Origin: Ascidiella aspersa
Lineage: Eukaryota
Direction of reading: 5' to 3'
Length of the DNA stretch: 64,000 bases
Assembly: GCA_963924565.1 (NCBI GenBank)
Contig: OZ004610.1
Span: 12,462,001 to 12,526,000, forward strand
Shown here: one piece after another, positions 16,407 through 28,600 of the stretch
Position numbering within the stretch: the stretch's first letter is position 1
Layout: each line of letters begins with the position of its first letter
Notes under the pieces: generated by a model
What the model saw: the letters and a program-made list of their open reading frames with translations, nothing else
Databases searched by the model: none
Told to the model about the DNA's origin: nothing
Position numbers and translations under genes: made by a program

Positions 16407-18739
16407 TTATTCGCTAATTTTTAAAAGCTCAACCTCAAAAATAAGTGTTGCATTGGGTGGTATTACACCACCTGCTCCTTGACGACCATATCCATAATCT
16501 GATGTGCAGGTTAGTTTTGCCTTTTGTCCAAGAGACATCTAAAAAAGACCAATGTTAGACTTTTGCAAAATGTTGACAAATTTAATTTCCACCAATAAGA
16601 ATTAAATTTCTTTTGAAAAAACACTGGTTTTAACTTACTAGTTGTTAACGGTTTGCAGTTACTAAAATTTACAAGGGGTACCACAAGTTTATAATCTGGC
16701 ACCTTTTTCTAGTTGAACTGTTTTAAAGGAAAAATCTAATGAAACCAATAGATACAAAATTAGGCTTTTTTGTCAAAGGGTTGGCAAAAAATTTTTAAAA
16801 TGTTTTGTTTATTCAGATAAAAAAATAACATTATAATCAGGTATGACTCCTCATAACTAACAGTTATCACCAGGCCTGCCTGTTAAAAATGTATTATGTC
16901 AATAGGTTCTGACTAACGGACTAATGCATTTACTATATTATGCAGGAATTTAAAATTTTACTTGTAGTAAAATTGTTATATATTTACCTTGGCAACGCCT
17001 TCATCCCATCCTTTTATAACCTGTCCTTTACCGATTACAAACTGGAATGGTTTACCTTTGTCTACTGATGAATCAAACTTCTGATTATTTTCCAATTTTC
17101 CTATAAAAACAGTCAGTTAGCATATATTTGGTAACTATGAAGTTGGAACCATGTTTTAGGATTTTGAAGGAAAACTAATCGAGTCAACTCTTAATATAAG
17201 AACAAATAGTAGGGAATTACGGATGGAACCACGTTTTAGGATTTTGAAGGAAAATTAATCCAGTCAACTCTTAATATAAGAACAAATAGTAGGGAATTAG
17301 GGATGTTCGAAGTAGAATATCGAATCCTTGGATTCGAATCCAGATGGGATTTGAATCCAATTCTGCCGTTTATTTCGGATAATTGGAACCGATATAATTT
17401 AATGTTTTACCGCGGATTGTTGCGCCTAATTGCACAAACGCGTGTGGTAGGTTGGCCTGTCGCTGCAGTGCTTGCTTTAAATGTAACCTGGTAGTGCAGT
17501 GTCAGCGTTTTTTCGGGCGACCAATTACCGCGTCTTGCGATAACGTTCGTCTAATAATTAAGTGTCAATCAAGCGTTATTGGGCGAGCGATCAACGTGTA
17601 ATGTCTGGTGTGGAGTTCGCAATTTCCCTAAATGCGTTAAGTTGCAAAAGTAACATTAGGTTGTAAAACGAATGACAGTTGCAATTATACCAAAACATAC
17701 TAATAGTGAAGTTATGTTTGCCAAATTGTTAAGGGCAAATTGAAACAAAAACATATGACAAAGTTCTAAAAAGTATTGGTCAGAAATCCTAGATTTTGTT
17801 CCACCTGCAGTGGGAAAAAGTTAGGTAAAAATTGAGATATGAGCTAGCGCACAGCAAACACACAAAATGTTCATTGTCTGTGATTTCCTAGTTTGTTATA
17901 CCTTTTGCTAATATTTTAGATAATTTTAAAATAATCCAAAGTATAGGAAATATACATTTGAGTAATTAAATGTCAAATTAAGGACTGCATAATGTGTGGT
18001 TAGGGTTATATGATACTCAAGTTCCCATCCCAGGCCTGTATTTTAGGCAGGTGTAGAAAGAAGATTTATTTAAAGCAATTTTTGTGCACTGAAAACGTAT
18101 GCTTGGTTTGTATTGGTGGTTGAGATATGTGGTAGAATCTTAGGTGTGCCTAATGCCCTAATGCAGTGCTTCTCAACCAAAGCTATTTCAAGTGAGACCC
18201 GAAACATTTCTGTTCGGGCAAAATATTGCATTATCATTATGTAACATTGCATGTGAGCTTGGCGCTAATTAAGCCTCGATTTGATAAAATAATATCCAAT
18301 ATACAAGCTTAAGTTTCACATTAATAGTAAATTGATTGTGTATACATTATTTGTTTTCTCATTAATTTGTTTTTCATACGTTTAGTCAAATCTCATTGTG
18401 GGTCAAACAATAAAACTTGCATTAAAAGTGTGTCGCGAACTGAAAAAGGTTGGAAAGCACTGCTCTAATGACGATTTAGTTTAACAAGGCTGAACGGATG
18501 ACACTTCGTAAAAGTTTTTGAGCTGTATGTATGTAACTAACAATTTGCATCCAAAATATGTTAGACAGTTGATTTAAACATGTTATAGCCCATACAAGCT
18601 TACAAAATAGAAAATCTATTCAAGAAATAACAAATGGTATTTAAAGTAAATTACCTGTGTAATGAACAGTAACCATGTTACCGGATTTGGGGAAAGTTTT
18701 TTGATCGCCTTCTACTAACGTTTCGATAGTTACACCCAT
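16407..18739 (-). CDS. FKBP1A: FK506-binding protein FKBP12 (PPIase), 109 aa, 3 coding exons
   Basis: Exons 18655-18739, 16988-17100, 16407-16538: [110 protein letters not shown] likely non-coding first exon has a strong donor (cag|gtaagt) at ~19717. FKBP1A versus FKBP1B cannot be resolved in an invertebrate. Confidence 0.95.
17143..17299. repeat. Tandem duplication (81-bp period, 2 copies) in an FKBP12 intron
   Basis: tggaacca(t/c)gttttaggattttgaaggaaaa...tagggaatta at 17143-17219 and 17224-17299; directly followed by a TAGGGATG hAT-like end. Confidence 0.9.
18164..18462. mobile_element. hAT-type MITE in an FKBP12 intron
   Basis: TIR cagtgcttctcaacc / ggttggaaagcactg; TSD ccctaatg / ctctaatg. 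Confidence 0.8.
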
Positions 18740-18891
18740 TATTTCCTGTAAGGCTGCTTATGAACACAATAAATTTAGTTTAAGGTAATCTGCGAATATA
18801 AAACAAGAATAGTTGTAACAGTATTCTTTTCATATTTAATATATGTAACAAAAAGAGTAATCTTTCTTCTCTTCTGTTTGGCAGATTTACT

Positions 18892-19094
18892 GGCGCTGGT
18901 CTAGAATCCTACCACAACGACACACCACTTGGGTTAGGGTGCCGGTTAGCGTTTGGGTTAAGTTGGGTCAAGTATTATTATTAAACAAAGAATATAATAA
19001 TACTTGACCCACCCACACCCTAACGCTAACCCGCACCCTAACTCAAATTTTGTGCGTTGATTTTAGAACTGTGGTAGGATTCTAGACCAGCGCC
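18892..19094. mobile_element. Merlin-like palindromic MITE with two inverted TTAGGG-like cores
   Basis: Perfect 25-bp TIR ggcgctggtctagaatcctaccaca; perfect 8-bp TSD gatttact (18884-18891, 19095-19102). GG...CC termini with an 8-9 bp TSD match Merlin/IS1016. A degenerate copy lies at ~19544-19665. Confidence 0.85.
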
Positions 19095-20034
19095 GATTTA
19101 CTTATAATTGTTTATAACATGAAAAGCTTATTTGTAATTGTTAAAAGCGGGGTAGTCAGCAAAAAAATTAAAGATATTCCTTGGTTACAATAAAAAACAT
19201 ACATTTTGCAGAATGAACATAATACATTTTTATTATTTAACCCTGAAGTTCTTCTCGCTTGTCACCTTTCTAATGTAAACTATGAAGTAGTTTTATTGGA
19301 CACTGGCCTCACATACAAAGGCAATACTAATTTGCCAAGTATAAATCACACAACTAATGTTTTTATTTACAGTGCTTTATCGAAGTAAAGTCTGCATTAT
19401 TGATGTTTTCAAGTCGTTTGAGGTGTGCAGCTATGTTTTTGTGCGCAATTTACCAATTCAGGTGTGCACACAAACTTCTTTAAAAAAATCTCGCGTGTGC
19501 ACCTGCAACAGAATGCAGACTGGTTCTAAGCCAAACTAATTTCGGCGCTGGTCTTGAATCCTACCACACCAACATTATTTGGCTTAGAGTAGGTTAAGCA
19601 ATATTATTAAATATTAATACTTGACCAACCGTCACCCGAACACTAACTTGCACCCAAATATTGCGAGTTGCATTATTGTTTCGAAAACCATATTACACTG
19701 CTGCGGTCAAAACTTACCTGACCGGTTTTGACATTATTGCTAACGAGTTTTATGCAATCTTTACGTATATCTAGCAATAAAACAGCCTAAGTGATTAAGA
19801 TTTATCGTGAAAATATTTATTTCACTACACATAATTAATATTTTGGCATTTTCAAAATGGGGATAAAAATTATGAATTATAATAGAATAAATAGATCGTT
19901 ACTGATCCTGTAAATCCTACAATTAAAAAAGGCGGGTGTGGTCTTTCATTTACTTGCGCTTTATCACGCCGACCGAAAACGTTACAGCCAAACTCTTTGA
20001 CTTCAGAATAAAAACAATATAGGGATGTTAAGTG

Positions 20035-20629
20035 CAGGGAGTCGAACCGTTTGACTTTTCCGGTTCAGGTTCGGTTCGGATTAAAGGATTTTTTCGGAAT
20101 CCGGTTCAGTTCCGGTTTCGGTTCGGAGGAATTTAAAAGTTCCGGTTTAGCTCCGGTTCAACCATCGTTATTTCAAAACCGGTTTATAAAATTCCGGTTC
20201 AGATACAATATAATTTGCGTTAAATCTCAAAATGTGGGTCGATAAATGTAGAGAATAATCTTTGAATTGGAAGTCATTTAAACTAAGTTACGTGACTTAT
20301 TAAAAAAAACAGCAACTCTTTATTTAAATATCTAAAAAATAAACAATCAACAATTTTTTCATTCAATATTCATATTTTTTTCATAAAATTTCGAACATGG
20401 CGTAACTTGACTCTCTAAAATAGAAGTTGTGACGTCATGCTGGAGCGAACCGCTTTTGTTTATAGGTTCGGGTTCGGTTAAGGTTCAGATACTTACAAAT
20501 TATTCGGTTCAGTTCCGGTTCGGCTCCTTAAAATCCTATAAAAAACGGTTCCGGTTCGGTTACGGTTCGGAAAAAATTGACCCAAAACCGGTTCATAGAG
20601 TTCCGGTTCGGTTCCGGTTCGACTCCCTG
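20035..20629. mobile_element. hAT-type MITE with GGTTC/CCGGTT subterminal repeats
   Basis: Perfect 15-bp TIR cagggagtcgaaccg / cggttcgactccctg; 8-bp TSD gttaagtg / gtttagtg; second copy at ~14676-15000. Confidence 0.88.
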
Positions 20630-20855
20630 GTTTAGTGTATAATGTTGGTATACATAGTTGTTACTGATGTCGTAGTAACATATACGATTGTTTAAGTGCA
20701 GAAAGTATGATATATTTTCAGAAATGACGTCACTGATTTACGTCATAACGTTGTAGTGACTCTGTACGCCTGTCTTGCCGTAACTTTATTTGCACGACGA
20801 TATTTTTGTTGTATTCTATATATCGCCTTCTTTTTGTGTCTGTATATAAAATCTG

Positions 20856-21071
20856 GGGTAATACTAATTTACAGAATGATGAATGGTCGGAATGGTCGGA
20901 ACGCTCACTAATTGAAGTGTTACCCCGTTAAAACAATTATTAAACCAACGCACAATATTTGAGTTAGGGTGGTGGTTAGTGTTTGGGTGAAGGTGGGTCA
21001 AGTGTTATTATATTTAATAATAATACTGTGAGCGTTCCGACCATTCATCATTCCGTAAATTAGTGTTACCC
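20856..21071. mobile_element. Merlin-like MITE (GGGTAA(C/T)ACTAATTTAC TIR) with a single TTAGGG-like core
   Basis: ~40-bp TIR gggtaatactaatttacagaatgatgaatggtcggaa / ttccgaccattcatcattccgtaaattagtgttaccc; 9-bp TSD taaaatctg / tataatctg. Confidence 0.82.
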
Positions 21072-22616
21072 TATAATCTGTAACTGCTATCTTCAGGAAA
21101 GACCGCCCAATTATTTCGCCAAGGCCATAACAGAACACTTTCTCTGGTCTTCATTGCCCCCCCCCCTCTACTCGACCTTCTATGATGGAATAAGCTAAAG
21201 AAACTAACAGTACACCCTGTAGTCGGCAATGTACTTTTTAATATTCCCTACAACATGCCGACAAAAAGTTACATTAAAGAACTCGATTGAGAGCTGGTAT
21301 TGATTTAAAATTAAAACCCAGCTTTAAACAGTTGACACCATTGAACTCATTTTTTGTATTTTTAAATAGGTTTAGGCCTACGGTCTTCACATGAACCCAT
21401 TGGCAGCCGGCACCTTCATTCACACAGAGAAAAGGTGTAGCCTATTTGCAAAAATTGTAGTTTAAATAAGGCCGGTAGCTCAAAACTTTATAATAAAACT
21501 TCCATACTCAGACAGGCCATCATTTTTATTTGTCCTCGCGAAACGGTAAAACATACAATACGTATTTAATCATAAAAGTTGCCCACTTAAACAATGGTAC
21601 AATAAAATCTCGCAATTCGTTAAATCACTATTTGTTTTAAAATGTGCAATTGAAAAAAATAAGCGGCAAGTTATTTGATAAAGTAATGGCTTTTGCGTTA
21701 CTGAATAGGGGAGTATATCGCAAAAAAACTTTTAGAATCGAGGTGCCCCATTTAAAAAACAGAGCCCTAATGCGTTGTTGAAAACGAAAACAAATAATGC
21801 TGATAAAACGCAAAAACATACGAAACGTGTATATTTGTAATATCGTTAATCTTGTAATAGGGTAAAAGATGCAATTCTGTTCTCTTTTTTACTATGAAAA
21901 GCAAAATATTAAACCAACATAACGGCTGTTCCATTGTTCGAATCAAGTAATTTTGGTTTATATATATGTCAGGGCACTGCAACAAACAGTTAATGTCAAA
22001 ACGTGAAGAAATTGGGCAAGTAGTATATACTCTGAAACACTGGAACTGGTTTACGACAAAACGGTGTTTTAAAGATCGACATCGCGTATGTTGTCGATGG
22101 CGATTTAATCACGAGTACAGTGACATGCTTAACTTTCTAAGCAAGGCGGAGCAAAGCGCAAAAAACAACTAAAAAACAGCTTTCGAATTAATCGGCCATC
22201 AAAGATCGCCGTGAAAATCGCGGTCCGATTTTGAATGCGAAACTGTGAATAAAAAACTGATTGCCGAGAAAAGTGAAAGATTCTCAGCCGAGAATGTAAG
22301 AGCCACAGGTAAGAGCTCCAGAAGTAAGGAACGCTGTTAAGTTTCTGTTTTTTTAATAGTGCGCAGAAAAAAAAAACACTAAGTATAACAGGGCTATAAA
22401 AGATCAGGAAAAGGCGAACAAGCCTTTTTAATGAAAACAAATAATATATCCCGAAAAGGCGGTGTCCGTGAAAATTTGCATTGTTAAGCGTTGTGAGAGT
22501 TGAAATTCTTGTTTTAATTTTAATTTTGTTAACAAACTGTTCCTTTTAGCGTCATGTCACTTTTTTGACGTCAGTCACAGCTGGATTCAGCAAAGAAGTC
22601 CCGGACGCATACGTGG

Positions 22617-25600
22617 TCACGTGGAGACCTGAACCACTTCCAAGTGGTTTCGAAACAACCTGAAGACAAACAATACGGCTTAAACAGGGGTTTGAAATTT
22701 TCATAACAACCACCTTTTAAAACGACAAAGAATAAAACCTTGCAAGAAAATAAACGGACAGTGATAGAGGCTTAAATATAATGTCGACTTACCTAGGTGC
22801 GGTTTTTACTGTTCGGTCTTTCGCCTCCGGGTTCTTTACTTCAGCGTACATCCTCGCCCCGGATTTCATGAGCTGGTAAGCGGCCGTCAGAAGATACTTA
22901 GATGGAAGACTGTGGCAACGTGCCATTATTAGCGCCTCTTCTAGACAACAAGCCATTGTGGACCTGCAATCACATTTATGTTATGTGTTATACTTAAAAC
23001 TTAGACATGTGCAAACAACAGCATATTGGCTTATAGCAGTGTTTTTCAACCTTGTATGGCTAGCGGCAACACTCAGAAATTACAAATAGATTGCGGCACC
23101 CTTACACGATTTTTCTCTAGGTATTTCACTAGAATGTCACAATAAACGGAACTGGAACAACACACATCTACTCTACACAATGTAAGAAGTTACAATTGGA
23201 TTTATTCCACTCTAATTTTTACAAAAAAATTGTAAGAGCTGAGCAAAAATCAGATTCTTAAAGATTCCCAAATATTTCTCGGCCCCCTGGAACATTAAAC
23301 GGCATCCCATGGTGCCTGGCCTATAGGATAAGCAAGCCAGCTCAAAAGTAGAATCACCTGTGGACTCCGTTGTTACAAGCTATCACGTGACAGCCACCAA
23401 GTCTTTCGCAAAACTCTGCAGTCAGGGTAAGCACACTGCAACCGGTCGCTGCTAGACTGTTCTTGCCGTGACGAGGCTTTACGTTGCTCTCCAGAAGCGT
23501 CATGATTTCGTCAAGGGCGTTCAGCGGACGCGACAGCTGCCAAAAAACGCATCATTATAGCTTTTCGTGTATGAATTATAACGGGTTATGACGTTGTGTG
23601 CGTGAGCAATCGTTCCAAATTTAATTGCGCTATACTAAAAGAGATGCCTAAATACCAAAAACGTCTATTCCGGGTGCAAAATCTCTGACTGAAAAAGCTA
23701 ATTCAAGTTGCGATAAAAGCGTGTCCACAGGTTCAGCAACGAACTTATAGTTATTTTCTGCCAAAACAAATCACACTACGACTTAAAAATTTTACCCGGT
23801 CGACAAGCACAGCCCGGGCCTCAGTATCCCGGGGCAGCTTAGACCTATCCAGATGAAAGGCGCGAAACTTCTTATAGTAGTCGTAGGTGCGGCTGAGCGC
23901 CTTCTCGTTTATCGAGTTACTGAACTCCTGGAGAGTGACCCCGTGCTCGTACAGCAGGTTGCCAAGATCCTCCAAACCTGTGAATTCACAGACTATTACG
24001 TGTTGTGCCATGTATTCCTGACAATACTAGGCGTTTTAAATCGGCCTTCTGTTTTACAGTTGACATTAGCGCTGCTTAATGCCGGTAAAATGTCAAGAAT
24101 TAGTAAACTATTTAGGCAAATTTAATTTGGGAACAGCAAACATGTTTTCTGCAAAGATGACCCATGTTAGCGACCTAACTTAAAACGATTTCGACAGTTT
24201 CTTGATAAACAAAACATTGTTGTTTTAGTGACTTTAAATAAGTTTCAGAACCAACATATAAAATAAAACTTTACTTTTGGCATTTTCACTTAGGTTAATT
24301 TGGAAATGCCGAACTTTGTGACGGAGAGCATGAAAGCTGGTTTCTTACCGTGATTAAATATAATGGGAATGAGCTTAACACCTCCTCCGGCTTGAAGACG
24401 CGGCGGAAGTTTAATGAAGACGTGTTTGTCCAAGTGGAAGTATACCTTCAACGCACAGCGATTCCCCTCCATGGAGTACCCGATGCCGTTTGCTGTTATG
24501 CAATTAAAAATGAATTTCTAATATTTCGCGAAATTGTAAACTAAAAATGATACCAGTTTTGCTTCAATCTATAAAATAATTAGGTCTACAGTATACGACA
24601 TATTTTGAAAATATATTAATATAGGTTTTAGCACACGTACAATTAGTCGATGTTATTAGGCAGTCATGCAATGTAAAACAAAGCAAAATGTGCAAATTGC
24701 TTTAGCGCTGGACTGTTCTCCAAATGGTTTAAAGTTATTATTGAACACGAGTTTAAAATTATCTGCCTTGCAAAAAACTATTTTTATATTGGTGGTAACT
24801 TTTTGAGCAACATTTGTATTTTCACGTGATAAAATTGTCTTATCATTTGGAGAACAACCCACTGTTTATTATTGTATTGTCAAAATAAATTCCAAGAACA
24901 AAGGGCGTTAACTTACCGTCAATGTGAAACGAAGAATCTCCGTTTAACCGCTTGTTAACATTGCATGGGCATTCTTTGGAGAACAAAAAAAGCAAAAGTA
25001 AAACGCGATGCAAGCAAAAATCAAGACAAATCATTTTGATTGCAGAGTGTGTTAATGGGGCAAATTAAACGTAAGCCTCGAAAATCATCTTAAGTAAAAT
25101 ATATTCGTCCAGGATTACTGTTGCGGTTAAGGCAGCGTGAAATATTATAAACAGCAACAATCCAATTCAGCGTGGAATGGTGAAACTGCAAGAATTTTTG
25201 AAATTGTTCGCTGCGCAACAAAACATTAAATAGCGTAGTGGACAGCAATTGGCGGATCTAGGATTTTAGTTTAGGGAAGTGTCATGGGAATTGTCAGGGA
25301 TGACATCACAAATCATTGTTAAGGTAAAACTTGGATAAATACACTTTGGGATCATGACCTGGTGCCCACCCTAGATCCTCCCAAGTTGATAATCACTCAA
25401 GTTACCCCAACATGCAGTAATTTGATTCGTCCACTGCACAAAACAGAACACACTCCAGTATATTTGCAATTAAAGGCAAGTGTTGATAAGTTGATTGATG
25501 TCGATTAGCAAAAACAAAAAATTGCTGGATGAATGTAAAAATTAAGCAAACGGAACTTTTCCGATTGATTTTGAAATAAATTGATTTTTAATAAAAAATA

Positions 25601-28600
25601 TATTATCTCACCGTTAGGCTCCACGTCACCGGTGATTGCCCTAAAATGAAACGACACTCTCTCAAGGTCGTTGACCCCGACACAACTGTCTTCCAGCATG
25701 GCACACTCGTCGGGCTGAAGAAAGAGACATTTTTGATTTTCTAGTTCGATTTTAAACAAGAAATAAGTATATTACCGCTGTTCGCTAAACTACCCCACGG
25801 GCTCTAGATGGCAAAGAGGAGGATTCAAATATGTTTTAACGATACTGCCGTTTTTGCAATTAATATCTTTTACTTCAATTAACATTTTCTTACATAGTTA
25901 ACCTTAACTTGATTGTAGGGTTATTTATCAGATAACACATGAGATTAGCTCACCATATTCGGATTGAGCATCGTTTGGAAGATAACGGCAGCTCCAATCG
26001 ACATGCACTGCTCCAGCCACTTTTTGCTGGCTTCCTCGCAACGGACGCCATATGCCTAGAATGCAATTATAGGTCTATGTAATTAACATCTGACAATTAC
26101 CCTTGCAATACCTAAATAAAATAATGGTAATATTGAACTAACGAATAATGTGCAATCTTGCTTTGTATTGTTAAAAATTACATGAACACGGCGGGCACAT
26201 GTAAGATTTCCACTTGGTAGGCACAGTTAGGGTTCGGCAGCCCAAAGTAAGAGAACCACATGTTTACAGGTTATATCTGTTATTCTGTTCAGTACAATAC
26301 GGCATATGGCACATAAAAGATACAGTTACCTTTTAGCGGGTTATTACATGCACCAAGCAAAAAACTTGAAATATGTAATCGTAAATAATTCGATTTTCAT
26401 AAAACAAAAGAAAGTTGAGGGGATTATGAGGACTTTTTAATGTTCTCGTATACCTTCATGTTGTTAAAGGTTTCGCCGATGGCGCTCCTCAGCTGCGTCG
26501 AAAAGGACGAGATGGCGGTAAGAAGACACTGGCTGAAGACTTTGTCGCGGCGGGAAACCAGCTTTGGGTCTGCAGTGGTAGCAAAATTCATGAGATACAA
26601 GTCAACGAAGATTTTGCGCGTCCAAAGTTACGAAAATAAAATTGTATTGGTTTTGTAGACACTGGTATGAAACAAATAATGAACAGTACACAAAAAATTC
26701 TATAAAGAAGCTTACCAATAGGGCAAAAAATTAAATCCTAAAGAATTTTTAATATCTCTCGGCACCGTTGAGCGTTAAACATGGCAACCTAAAGTGCCGC
26801 GGCACCCCGGTTGAGAACCCCTGTTATACGGGATCGAAAACATCATACATTTTAAAGTGCTTTTTGCTAACCTTCGTTTAGCAGAACGGAGAGCACAAGT
26901 TGCGAGCGCACTTCGTTCACGTGACGATCCATCGACTCGATCAGCGTGTTGATGACGTCAGCGAACTGATCGGTGTCGGCGCACACAGACAGGGACATCT
27001 TGATCGCGTCATCGCTCGTACTGCACGGAACGGGTCAGAGTTTTAAAGTACCGTATTAATCGTTTAAAAATATCTTGCATTGTCTACGATTTTTAAGAAC
27101 ACCATAAATTTTTTTATCAGAAATATAGTTTTGGATTAAAATAAATATTGCAATTCCAACCTTGCGGTTAACGCTTCGATGATCTTTTGATAGACTCGGT
27201 CAGGCGTCGTTTCTTTCGTGTTTTCAAAGACGGTTTTCACAGTGTCCGAGCGGACCAATTCGTTCAGGCTGTGAATCTGCAGGAACACAGCGAAGTTCAC
27301 AAATTATTCCAGCGCAATATTTCTAACGCACGGTTAGCAAAAGCTATTTCCATAGCACATATACCTTTCCGAGGAAATGCTCCATGGTTCCCTGGAGTTT
27401 ATCCAACGCATCTGGAGAAAGGACAAGGTCGATAAAGTTGATGCTGTCCACACCTTCCGACGAACAGTTGCTTTCTGTTGCACTGATCATTGAAATTCGA
27501 TCGTGAGCTGCAAGTGGAAATATTTTATATTTTAATTCATTAATGCGCGACTAATAATATATATCAGAAGAGTATATTTCACACATTGTATTTCCAGAAG
27601 AAAAGAAAAAATGTGAACATACCACGTGCTGTACCTGAAAAGGTTACTCGGGAGGTCGGTCTGCTCGATTTAGTTCTTAGTTTAACAGGTGATGTAGCAC
27701 TCCCGTTTGGCGGTGGGCTCCTGAAAATTGAAAGAAAGTTGGGTCATATGTTTAGCTTGGCACGTTAACCATATTCAAGACATAATGAAAACGCTAATTT
27801 TAAAAGTTTCATACAAAATTTAAAATTTACACTACATTCCTAACTTCTAGACTAGAGTACAAAGGAGCTGTCAACTTACGACAGAGATGGTAGAGAATTG
27901 GCTGCCTTCAGTGATCGATGCTTTTCCTCGGTTGGAGTGGTCAGCATATCACTGGAGTTGGACATGGGCGCGGATTTTCGGCTCGCAAGATCTATAAATA
28001 TAGAAATATTAAAACTATCGACCACCTGTGCACCGAATATACTTGATCATCATCAATGTAAAAAAATATTCAAAATTTAACATGCCAAGGACAGAACACA
28101 GTTTTGACAATCTGGACAACCAAAAAAATAAAACGTTTAGCAAAAACACACGGGAAAGCTCAACGTCAAATAGCAATTACCCGATCGTTGGTCAGATTGG
28201 ATGCCGTCTTGCGTTTGCTGATTTGCGAAGTTAAAGTAATTATTTTCGCTTACAACCATCGAACCCCTGTCACTCTGGATGCCTGTAAATTATTACACAA
28301 CAAATTAGAAAACTATAAGTAAATTTAAAACTAGAATAAGTAAAGCCTGTCAGATGAATATCGATATCTCGCATAACTACTGCGCAGTAACGACTGAAGT
28401 AGTTTTACTCTTCATAGCAAACTTTGACCTCGTTACTTACCGGAGTCGCATTCCGAATCGTTTCCGGTGACAGATCCGTCTTCATGGGTCTTCCGAAGCG
28501 ATCCGTTGCTCCTTCTCAGCGACTCTTTAAGCTTCTGATCCTTTTCCTCCTGCGATTCCTCGGACTGGACTTCGATGGTCGGGGAAACTGGTGAAAAAAG

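Noticed and set aside
18740-18760. Spliced-leader trans-splice acceptor or operon structure
   Set aside because: Acceptors lie just upstream of several ATGs, but FKBP12 has a strong upstream cis donor (~19717), the left-hand genes alternate strand and the co-oriented genes are kilobases apart; not decidable without 5' cDNA ends.
20051-20635. ORFs rich in FRFG/GSG
   Set aside because: Translations of GGTTC repeats inside a MITE.
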